64,000 bases of DNA from positions 2,833 to 66,832 of the forward strand of contig WJMD01000097.1 in assembly GCA_014728125.1 (NCBI GenBank), given 5' to 3'. This document shows, one piece after another, positions 1 to 7,297 of this stretch. Positions within the stretch are counted from its first letter, which is position 1, and the number at the start of each line of letters is the position of its first letter. Under the pieces are notes generated by a model. It ran no database searches. It worked only from the letters and a program-made list of their open reading frames with translations, and had not been told where the DNA came from. The DNA comes from Candidatus Effluviviaceae Genus V sp. (lineage in GTDB: Bacteria; Joyebacterota; Joyebacteria; Joyebacterales; Joyebacteraceae). A program made the translations under genes and the position numbers.

Positions 1-139
1 GTCGCCGGGGGCCTGCTCGCGCCGCGGGATCGTCCGATACCGACCGGAGCGACTGCCGGTCGTTAAGCGTCACTGGACCTTCACCCCATTCATACTCGCC
101 GCTTGCACGGCGGTCCGTTCTCGTACTCGGGGGGGCAGC

Positions 140-682
140 ATGAGGTGGGCATCGCTCATCACGGGACTCATTCTCGCGGCAGCCGTCGCGGCCGGTGCGC
201 AGACCGATGGCGCGACACCCGAACCGCCGGACACGGCCGAGGTCGGCCGGGAGGCGCGCGCCGACACGGCGACCGTTCCCGCGCCGTCGGACAGCGTGTC
301 GGCGGACGCGGGAGAGGGGGCGGAACCGGCGCCCGACGACGCCCCGGCCGGCGCCGGGCTCCGCGTGCTCCGAGCGTACGTCTGCAAGGGTATCGAGGAG
401 AGCGAGCCGGCCGAGGCGGGCCGGAGCTTCCTCTCGCCGGACGACGGGCTTCTGAGGCTCTGCTGCTTCAGCGAGATCGCCGCGACGGCGACCGACACCG
501 TTCTGCACGTCTGGTACTGGGGCGACAGGGAGATGGCCCGTGTGCCGCTCGAGGTCAGGGGCCCCCGTTGGAGGACCTGGAGCTCGAAGCGCATCATCGA
601 GGCGTGGCGCGGCGACTGGCGTGTCGATATAACGGACCGCGGGGGAGACGTGCTTGAGCGGCTCGACTTCTCGATCGAGTAG
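140..682 (+). CDS. hypothetical secreted protein (possibly DUF2914-like C-terminal domain)
   Basis: The N-terminus MRWASLITGLILAAAVAAGAQT is a signal peptide, followed by a low-complexity Ala/Pro/Asp linker. The C-terminal domain has conserved aromatics (VWYWGD, RTWSSKRI). GC3 is high in this frame. The DUF2914 family recall is from memory only. Confidence 0.55.
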   Translation: MRWASLITGLILAAAVAAGAQTDGATPEPPDTAEVGREARADTATVPAPSDSVSADAGEGAEPAPDDAPAGAGLRVLRAYVCKGIEESEPAEAGRSFLSPDDGLLRLCCFSEIAATATDTVLHVWYWGDREMARVPLEVRGPRWRTWSSKRIIEAWRGDWRVDITDRGGDVLERLDFSIE

Positions 683-826
683 CGCCTGCCCGTGCGAGCC
701 GCCTCGTACGGTGCTGACGCGCCCGGCGTTCCTGGGGACGCCGGGCGTTTCTGTGTCGTGCCCGGGCCGCTCGGCTCCCCGTCGTCAGGCGTCGGCCGGG
801 CACGAAGCCGCCCATCCACTTCTGAC

Positions 827-855
827 TTGACATGCATATATTCAGATTCTATAAT
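827..855 (+). promoter_or_regulatory. consensus sigma70 promoter (TTGACA-17nt-TATAAT) in an AT-rich island upstream of the arsR-trx operon
   Basis: TTGACA sits at 827-832, an exact 17-nt spacer follows, and TATAAT sits at 850-855. The surrounding 60 bp are AT-rich in a roughly 70% GC genome. Direct repeats TGCATA (833-838, 867-872) and ATATTC (838-843, 854-859) flank the -10 element. GGAGG at 887-891 lies 7 nt before the GTG at 899. Confidence 0.5.
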
Positions 856-898
856 ATTCTTAGTTTTGCATACTCAACGAGACACTGGAGGTTCTAAG

Positions 899-1216
899 GT
901 GGCCGGCTCGAAGCGGGCGGCGGGTGAGCGGCGTCAGCCGGACGATCCGGAGCGGACGGAGCGAGCGGCCGAGGTTCTGCGGGCGCTGGCGCATCCTGTG
1001 CGCGTCGAGATCGTGCGACTGCTCGGTGAAGGCGAACTCTGCGTCAAGAGGATCGAGGAGATCCTCGGCGTGCCGCAGCCGTCCGTGTCACAACACCTGG
1101 CGCGGTTGAAGTACGCCGGTGTCATCGAGTCGGAGCGGCGGGGGCATCTGGTCTGCTACCGACTCAGAAACACGGGCGCAGCCGACGCGGTCGATGCCGT
1201 GGTCAATGAGGAGTGA
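899..1216 (+). CDS. ArsR/SmtB-family transcriptional regulator
   Basis: A winged-HTH signature is present: LRALAHPVRVEIVRLL...LCVKRIEEILGVPQPSVSQHLARLKYAGVIESERRGHLVCYRL. The GTG start at 899 has an RBS. A single Cys sits in the alpha3 position (ELCVK). The upstream part of the longer ORF from 692 has no RBS or homology. Confidence 0.85.
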   Translation: MAGSKRAAGERRQPDDPERTERAAEVLRALAHPVRVEIVRLLGEGELCVKRIEEILGVPQPSVSQHLARLKYAGVIESERRGHLVCYRLRNTGAADAVDAVVNEE

Positions 1217-1261
1217 GTGCTGCGTGAGAGGAGAACCCCGAGTGGGGGAAGGGAGAGGCAC

Positions 1262-1594
1262 ATGGATTCGACGAACGCCGTGAACGTGACAGAGGCGACA
1301 TTCGAGAACGAGGTCACGAAGTCGGACACGCTGGTGCTGGCCGACTTCTGGGCTCCGTGGTGTGGTCCGTGCCGCATCGTCGGCCCGATCCTTGAGGAGG
1401 TCGCCGGCGAGAACGAGGGGAAGGTCAAGGTCGTCAAGATCAACGTCGACGACAATCCGGGGCTCGCTCAGCGGTTCGGCATCCGCGGAATCCCCACGAT
1501 GATCTTCTTCAAGGACGGCGAACAGAAGGACATGATGGTCGGAGCGGCCATGAAGGAGAAGATCCAGGAGAAGATCGACGCGCTGCTCGAGTAG
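1262..1594 (+). CDS. trxA: thioredoxin
   Basis: The canonical motif LADFWAPWCGPCRIVGPILEE is present. The protein is about 110 aa. The ATG at 1262 is preceded by GGGGGAAGGGAGAGG. The gene lies immediately downstream of arsR. Confidence 0.9.
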   Translation: MDSTNAVNVTEATFENEVTKSDTLVLADFWAPWCGPCRIVGPILEEVAGENEGKVKVVKINVDDNPGLAQRFGIRGIPTMIFFKDGEQKDMMVGAAMKEKIQEKIDALLE

Positions 1595-1617
1595 ATTCCC
1601 GAGGAAGGAGTGACCGG

Positions 1618-2217
1618 ATGAGACGAAGCACGTTGCTCGTTGCCGCGATGCTCGTGGCCGTCGCGGCGTTCAGTCTGCCGATGGCCGGGTGCGGCACGAC
1701 GGAGGAGACGCCCGGGACCGAGGAGACGAGCCGGGAGCCGGCAACGCCCGGGACCGGAGAGAACGACGATGTGACCGGAACGGCAGTCGGACAGTTCCCG
1801 CCCGAGTTCGAGCTTCCCGATCTCGACGACAACACCGTGACCCTGGCCGACTACGAGGGCGACGTCGTGATCATCGACCTCTGGGCGACGTGGTGCCCGC
1901 CGTGCCGCGAGGAGATCCCGTTCCTTATTGAGCTCTACGAGGAGCACAGGAACGACGGGCTCGTCGTGATCGGAATCGGACTCGACCAGGGCGGAGCGGA
2001 TGTGCTTCGGCCGTTCGCGGAGAAGCATGACATCTCCTATCCGATCCTCGTCGGCGGACGTGAGATATCGAGGACCTACAGGGCCTCGAGCATCCCGACA
2101 ACGTACATCATCGGTCGGGACGGCAGGATCGCGGCGCGCCACGTCGGTTTCCATCCATCGATGAAGGCGGAGATGCGCGAGATGGTCGAGGGGCTGCTCA
2201 AGCCTGTTGAGGCATAG
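1618..2217 (+). CDS. TlpA/ResA-like thiol-disulfide oxidoreductase lipoprotein (redoxin family)
   Basis: A signal peptide with lipobox LPMAGC is present. The thioredoxin-fold motif IIDLWATWCPPCREEIPFL is followed by a redoxin C-terminal region (GIPTTYIIGRDG). Confidence 0.85.
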   Translation: MRRSTLLVAAMLVAVAAFSLPMAGCGTTEETPGTEETSREPATPGTGENDDVTGTAVGQFPPEFELPDLDDNTVTLADYEGDVVIIDLWATWCPPCREEIPFLIELYEEHRNDGLVVIGIGLDQGGADVLRPFAEKHDISYPILVGGREISRTYRASSIPTTYIIGRDGRIAARHVGFHPSMKAEMREMVEGLLKPVEA

Positions 2218-2402
2218 GAGACCTGGGGGGTCCGTGTGAAGTGGAGCGGCATCCTCGTCCCGCTGGGCTTCGTCGCGCTGTGGATCATCCTGCAGCTCGT
2301 CGTGCTGCCCCGGCTGGGCGTGTCGACGTGACTCAGCCCGTCGTGCGGGCCCGCGGAGCGGGCCGAGTCGGAGGCTGAGGGGAACGATGAGGAGAGCGGC
2401 CT

Positions 2403-2795
2403 GTGAGCGGTTCGCGCGTCACGGTGCGCAAGTCCGCCGGCGAGCTGACGATCGAAGGGCCGGGTGGGGTGGAACGCTTCAGCGTGAGCATCGGCTCGAA
2501 CCCCGACCTCGCGGACAAGCTCGAGGTGGGAGACTGCAGGACGCCCGAGGGCGAGTTCCCGATCGTCTCGATCGAGGACTCCAGTGAGTGGGAGCATGAG
2601 GGCCGGCGGTCGTACGGGCGGTACTTCCTCCGGCTCTTGTGTCCCCCCTGGGAGGGCATCGGCATCCACGGCACCGACGAACCGGAGCGCCTCGGGACCC
2701 CCGCGTCGCGCGGCTGTATCCGCATGTCGGACGAAGGGCTCGCCCGCCTCGTCGAGCTCGTCGAGATCGGGACGATCGTGCGCATTGTCCCTTAG
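2403..2795 (+). CDS. L,D-transpeptidase catalytic-domain protein (YkuD-like)
   Basis: The catalytic signature GIHGTDEPERLGTPASRGCIRM (His...Cys of the YkuD fold) is present. The protein is short (130 aa) with no obvious signal peptide, so the start and topology are uncertain. Confidence 0.7.
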   Translation: MSGSRVTVRKSAGELTIEGPGGVERFSVSIGSNPDLADKLEVGDCRTPEGEFPIVSIEDSSEWEHEGRRSYGRYFLRLLCPPWEGIGIHGTDEPERLGTPASRGCIRMSDEGLARLVELVEIGTIVRIVP

Positions 2796-2920
2796 CGGGA
2801 GTGGACCGCCCCACAGCAAACAGGTTGACACGACCATGTGGCGGCGGGTACGATTCGCACTGCCTCGGTCGGCGCGCCGCGCCGGCCCATTCACGACCAC
2901 AACGAGATCCTGGAGCTTCG

Positions 2921-3595
2921 ATGTCGACGGGCCAGTTCGTCGCCGTCGCCGGCAACATCGGCGTGGGGAAGACCCACCTCACCACGCTCCTGGCTAACCA
3001 TCTGGGCTGGCGCGCGTACTACGAGCCGGTCATCGATAACCCGTATCTCGACGACTTCTACGCCGACATGAGGCGGTGGTCGTTCCACCTGCAGGTCTAC
3101 TTCCTTTCCCAGCGTTTCGAGATCCATCGCGCGATGCTCAGGACGCCCGGCCCGTGCATCCAGGACCGGACGATCTACGAGGACAAGGAGATCTTCGCCG
3201 AGACGCTGCACCGACGGGGACTGATGTCGGATCGCGACTATTCGAACTACCGGGCCCTCTTCGACGCCATGACGAGCTTCCTGCGCGCGCCCGATCTCGT
3301 CGTCTACCTCAGAGCGGATGTCGGCACGCTCGTCGACAGGATCTGCTCGAGGGGGCGGGACTGCGAGCGCGAGATCTCGCCGGACTACCTGGCGGAGCTC
3401 AACGATGCGTACGAGGCATGGTCCGAGAGGGCCGGCAGTCAGACGAGTGTGCTGGCCATCGAGACCGACGGGCTCGATCTGGTGACTGACGAGCAGGCCA
3501 TCAGGGACGTCCTGGAAGAGATCGTGGGCAGACTGGGGGTGGCCTCGGGGGGATCTCAGGCCGAGGACGTGCGGGAACGGGTCGTGGCTGCCTGA
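2921..3595 (+). CDS. deoxynucleoside kinase (dAK/dGK/dCK family)
   Basis: A P-loop VAVAGNIGVGKTHLTTLLA is present, followed by the dNK-family motifs YYEPVIDNPYLDDFY...FHLQVYFLSQRF...DRTIYED and a LID-like RICSRGRDCERE. The start was taken at the in-frame ATG 2921; the upstream part of ORF 2639 overlaps the Ldt gene. Confidence 0.85.
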   Translation: MSTGQFVAVAGNIGVGKTHLTTLLANHLGWRAYYEPVIDNPYLDDFYADMRRWSFHLQVYFLSQRFEIHRAMLRTPGPCIQDRTIYEDKEIFAETLHRRGLMSDRDYSNYRALFDAMTSFLRAPDLVVYLRADVGTLVDRICSRGRDCEREISPDYLAELNDAYEAWSERAGSQTSVLAIETDGLDLVTDEQAIRDVLEEIVGRLGVASGGSQAEDVRERVVAA

Positions 3596-3734
3596 AGTCG
3601 CGGTCCCGGGTCCGAATCCCACGCACATGAGCAACGTCCTGTTCCCCTGTGCGCTCGCCGCACGGGCGGGCCGGGAGAACCGTATCCCGGCGAACGAGGT
3701 TCGCGCGGCCGCACGCCGTAAGTACGGCATATTC

Positions 3735-3763
3735 TTGACGTTTGGGCATCGTGGTGGTATAAT
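3735..3763 (+). promoter_or_regulatory. consensus sigma70 promoter (TTGACG-17nt-TATAAT) upstream of the second TlpA-like gene
   Basis: TTGACG sits at 3735-3740, the spacer is 17 nt, and TATAAT sits at 3758-3763. The start codon ATG 3786 lies 23 nt downstream. Confidence 0.5.
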
Positions 3764-3785
3764 GAGCGTGAGAACAGGGGGGCCC

Positions 3786-4352
3786 ATGAAGAGCAGGAGA
3801 CGCGCCGTCCTTGCGACGGTTCTGGCGCTTGGTCTCGTGTTCGCGTGGACGTCTGTATCGTATTCCGACGACCGCGTGGCACCAGACTTCACACTCCCCA
3901 GCATCACCGGGGAGGATCTACAGCTTTCGGAGCTTCTTGAGGAAGGCCCGGTCATCGTGGACTTCTGGGCCACGTGGTGCAAGCCGTGCATCAAGGCCTT
4001 CCCGGAGCTTCAGTCGATCCTTGACAACTACACACACTGCGGTCTGAGGGTCGTCGCAGTCTCGATCGACGGTCCTCGTTCGAGCTCGAAGGTCCCTTCG
4101 TTCATAAAGTCGAAGGGGTTCACCTTCGACGTGGTGCTCGATCCCGGACAGAAGGTGGCGCGGAAGTACCACGTGACCTCTGTACCGCGGACGGTCCTGG
4201 TCGGACAGAACGGCCGGGAGATCTTCGCCTACACGGGCTACCGGCCGTCGCACCACAGGAAGATGGAGGAGGCGCTCGAGGAGCTTTTCCCGGAGGGCTG
4301 CGAGGAGCCGGAGGATGAAACGGCCGAGACGGCGGAGGATGCCGGTGAGTAG
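3786..4352 (+). CDS. TlpA-like periplasmic thiol-disulfide oxidoreductase
   Basis: MKSRRRAVLATVLALGLVFAWTSVSYS is a signal peptide. The motif VIVDFWATWCKPCIKAFPEL and a redoxin C-terminal part (VTSVPRTVLVGQNG) follow. An acidic C-terminal tail is present. The ATG at 3786 lies behind the perfect promoter. Confidence 0.85.
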   Translation: MKSRRRAVLATVLALGLVFAWTSVSYSDDRVAPDFTLPSITGEDLQLSELLEEGPVIVDFWATWCKPCIKAFPELQSILDNYTHCGLRVVAVSIDGPRSSSKVPSFIKSKGFTFDVVLDPGQKVARKYHVTSVPRTVLVGQNGREIFAYTGYRPSHHRKMEEALEELFPEGCEEPEDETAETAEDAGE

Positions 4353-5814
4353 ATACGCCACGATTCTCGCCGCGGCGCTCGCGCTGGCTCTGCCGCGGGC
4401 CGTCCCGGCCGACGAGATCTACGCGACGGGCGTCGTCACCTCCGAGTACGGCTATCACACCGAGGCGGAGGCGTCGCTCTTCGATGCCAGGGTCGAGCTC
4501 GACCTCGAGACCGGACCGGTCCGTCTGGGCTTCGTCCATCGCTTCTATGAGCCGAGCGACGAGGCGTATCCCGGCGCGCTCGACGTGCCGGGTTCCGAGT
4601 TCCGCCAGCGCTTCGCCGAGTTCACGAAGGACTCGTTCAGCGTGCGCGCGGGCGACTTCTTCGCCACGTTCGGGAACGGACTGACGCTCCGGAGCTACGA
4701 GGAGGTCGAGCTGGAGCACGACACCTCGCTCGACGGCGCGCTCGTCGAGATGGACCGGGGCAGCTTCTCGTTCCAGGGGCTCGCCGGGACGACCGAGGAG
4801 ACGGTGACGGCCTCGCGCGTTCGCGAGCACGTCGTCAGGGGTCTGAGGCTCAGCACGAACGTGGCCGGGAAGCTCGACATCGCGGCCAGCGCGGTCGGCA
4901 GGTCGTCGGAGCTTCAGGATGACGAGCAGGAACTGCCCGACGAGGTCGCCCATTTCGAGGACCGGACGCTGGGAGTCGAGACATCGGCATGGCTTGGTCC
5001 CGTGTCGTTCGCGGCCGAGTACGTCGGCCGCTCGGGCGAGAACCCATACGCGGAGACCGGTGACGTCGAGGGACACGGGACGTATCTCGCGACCACCGTC
5101 AACCTGCCGTGGGCGACGCTCTTCGGCGAGTACAAGGACTACTCCGAGCTCGGCCACTATCTGATCAACCCGCCGACCTGCGTGCGGGAGCACCTCTGGA
5201 CGCTGATGAACCGCGTGACCTACGAGATCGACCTCGAGGACGAACGCGGGTTTCTCGGCGAGATCAGCGCTCCGGTCGGGGACGCGCTCTACGTGACGGG
5301 CGGGGCCTCCGAGGCGCGCAGCCAGGACGGCGACCTGAGTCACTGGGAGATCTTCGGGCACGTCGACCACGCGTTCTCCGGCAGCATCTACGGCTCGTTC
5401 GCTGGCTCGTGGTCAAGGGAGTACCTGGGAAACGAGTATAACGACTTCACGGAGCACATGTCGGGCGCGGCCGAGCTGGTGCTCGTGCCGGCGTCGGGGC
5501 AGCCCGTGGAGCTGGTCGTCGAAGGACAACTGACCGAGGAGTTCTACGGGAGCGAGCACACTGATTACCTGTTCTCCTTCACGACCTATCCCGGTGACGG
5601 GATGACGTTCAGCGTCCTGGCCGAGACGACCGACGACGAGACGAGCGAGCGTACCGTGTGGACCTCCTTCGAGGTGCGGCGGCAGATCGTCAGGGACATC
5701 GAGGCGTCCTTCATGATGGGAACCGAGAGGGGCGGAAAGAAGTGCACCGGCGGGATCTGCTACAACGAGCCGGAGTTCGAGGGCGTTCGGGTCAGACTGA
5801 CCGGGTTCTTCTAG
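4345..5814 (+). CDS. putative outer-membrane beta-barrel protein (family unassigned)
   Basis: With the GTG start at 4345, GGAGG lies 6 nt upstream, giving MSRYATILAAALALALPRAVPA as a signal peptide. Alternative in-frame ATGs exist at 4315 and 4339. Alternating hydrophobic patterns run throughout and the protein ends in the aromatic residues LTGFF, typical of OMPs. The gene overlaps the TlpA-like stop. Confidence 0.5.
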   Translation: MSRYATILAAALALALPRAVPADEIYATGVVTSEYGYHTEAEASLFDARVELDLETGPVRLGFVHRFYEPSDEAYPGALDVPGSEFRQRFAEFTKDSFSVRAGDFFATFGNGLTLRSYEEVELEHDTSLDGALVEMDRGSFSFQGLAGTTEETVTASRVREHVVRGLRLSTNVAGKLDIAASAVGRSSELQDDEQELPDEVAHFEDRTLGVETSAWLGPVSFAAEYVGRSGENPYAETGDVEGHGTYLATTVNLPWATLFGEYKDYSELGHYLINPPTCVREHLWTLMNRVTYEIDLEDERGFLGEISAPVGDALYVTGGASEARSQDGDLSHWEIFGHVDHAFSGSIYGSFAGSWSREYLGNEYNDFTEHMSGAAELVLVPASGQPVELVVEGQLTEEFYGSEHTDYLFSFTTYPGDGMTFSVLAETTDDETSERTVWTSFEVRRQIVRDIEASFMMGTERGGKKCTGGICYNEPEFEGVRVRLTGFF

Positions 5815-5822
5815 GAGGGGTC

Positions 5823-7181
5823 GTGCCGAACACGCTCCGGACAACTCTCAGACGGGCCCTCGCGGTCGCGGCGCTCGCGGCCGTCGGCACAGCACTCGGC
5901 GGCGGCTGCGACTGGTTCGACGATCCGATCGAGCCGAACCTCACGCCCGAGACGTCAATGACGACCTGTCCGTCCCAGGTCGACGCCGGGACCTCGGTCA
6001 CGCTGTCGTGGACTGGGACCGACGTCGACGGCAGCGTGGTCGCCTACGCGTGGGCGTTCGACGACACGATCGACGGATACACGACGGAGACGACTGCCGT
6101 CTTCGACTCCGTGGATGCGGGGGCCCACACGTTCGAGGTCGCGGCGGTCGACGACGACGGCGACACCGACCCGTCGCCCGCGGTCTGCTCGTTCGTCGCG
6201 ATCGACGAGGAGGAGAACCTCCCGCCCGAGACCGAGATGATCACGTGTCCAGGAACGGTGTCGGTCGGAGACGACGTGACGCTCCGTTGGTCCGGCAGCG
6301 ATCTGGACGGAACGGTCGTCTCGTACCGTTGGACGCTGGACGGATCGGACGAGACGACGACGACCGACACGACGCTCGTCGTATCGGACGTCACGGAGGG
6401 CGGACATACCTTCAGCGTCGCGGCCGTCGATGACGACGGCGACGCCGACGGTACGCCCGCGACCTGCTCGTTCACCGCCACGGCGGCCGGGGAGCCGGTT
6501 CCGCGGATCGTGCTGGTCGAGCTCTTCACGACGCACTCGTGCGCGAACTGCCCGAACGCCGAGGAAGGGCTCCACATGATGCTCAGCGAGTACGGATCCG
6601 ACAGCCTCTGCGTCGTGGCCTACCACGACCTGGGGCCTCCGATCGGGCCGGACGTGCTGGCCACGCAGGAGATGATGGACAGGATCGACTGGTACACCGA
6701 CATCCACGGGTTCGAGGACCTGCATCCGCTGGCCCTCTTCGACGGGGACTTCTCGCGGCCGGTCCCGGGCGCGTTGAGTCCGGAGGCTGCCGCCGAGGAC
6801 TACCGTACGGAGATCGAGGTCAGCCGGAAGGTCCCGTCCGCTCTGTCGGTCGACCTGAGCGGGTCGCTGGACGGAGCGCGGGCGAGCGTGACGGTCCGGG
6901 TGCGCGCGCACGACGACCCCGGCGCCGGCGACCTGGTGCTCCGGACCGTGGTCGTCGAGGACGAGGTGCAATCGCAGGGGCGGGTGTTCGACTTCGTCGC
7001 CCGTGACCTTCTCCCGGACGAGCCTCTGACGATGACCGCAGTGGGTGATTCGGCCGTGGTGACCAGGTCGTTCGACGTGGGCCCCGGCTGGAACATGGAC
7101 CATATCGATGTGATCGCGTTCGTCCAGGACGACACGACGCAGGAGGTCATACAGGCCGGGCGACTCGCGACCGGCATGTAG
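5823..7181 (+). CDS. lipoprotein with two tandem Ig-like repeats and a C-terminal thioredoxin-like CxxC domain
   Basis: GTG 5823 follows AGGAGGGG. The lipobox is ALGGGC. Two 93-aa repeats are present (TCPxxV..VTLxWxGxDxDGxVVxYxW...HTFxVAAVDDDGD). The C-terminal domain carries IVLVELFTTHSCANCP and a region paralogous to the N-terminal domain of the next gene (FDFVARDLLP...DHIDVIAFVQDDTTQEVIQAG). Confidence 0.6.
   Translation: MPNTLRTTLRRALAVAALAAVGTALGGGCDWFDDPIEPNLTPETSMTTCPSQVDAGTSVTLSWTGTDVDGSVVAYAWAFDDTIDGYTTETTAVFDSVDAGAHTFEVAAVDDDGDTDPSPAVCSFVAIDEEENLPPETEMITCPGTVSVGDDVTLRWSGSDLDGTVVSYRWTLDGSDETTTTDTTLVVSDVTEGGHTFSVAAVDDDGDADGTPATCSFTATAAGEPVPRIVLVELFTTHSCANCPNAEEGLHMMLSEYGSDSLCVVAYHDLGPPIGPDVLATQEMMDRIDWYTDIHGFEDLHPLALFDGDFSRPVPGALSPEAAAEDYRTEIEVSRKVPSALSVDLSGSLDGARASVTVRVRAHDDPGAGDLVLRTVVVEDEVQSQGRVFDFVARDLLPDEPLTMTAVGDSAVVTRSFDVGPGWNMDHIDVIAFVQDDTTQEVIQAGRLATGM
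5946..6503 (+). repeat. tandem in-frame repeat (2 x 279 bp) encoding Ig-like modules
   Basis: PETSMTTCPSQV at 5946 and PETEMITCPGTV at 6225 begin two units that are similar at the protein and nucleotide level. The period is 279 bp. Confidence 0.6.
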
Positions 7182-7297
7182 ATACGACGACGACCGAAGA
7201 GAGTCAGCAAAGGGAAGAAGGAACACTGTCTCCACAGAGCGCACGGCGACAGGGGCCTCAGACAGTAGGAGTGAAATCGCCGCGAAAGGAGAGCAGC

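Noticed and set aside
1-66. Possible 3' end of an upstream gene in frame 1 (stop at 64-66)
   Set aside because: There are too few codons to judge. Frame 2 is also open across this region into the 140..682 ORF, so there is no reliable call.
70-837. 255-aa minus-strand ORF at the window start
   Set aside because: It is antisense to the signal-peptide protein at 140..682 and overlaps the AT-rich promoter. Its composition is low-complexity Ser/Ala/Arg.
830-895. AT-rich segment considered as a horizontally acquired islet or integration scar
   Set aside because: It is only about 60 bp and contains a perfect -35/-10 pair and an RBS. It is best explained as a strong promoter/operator.
5946-6503. 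Tandem repeats considered as a possible CRISPR or VNTR
   Set aside because: The repeat unit is 279 bp, in-frame and protein-coding (Ig-like modules) with no spacers. It is not a CRISPR array.
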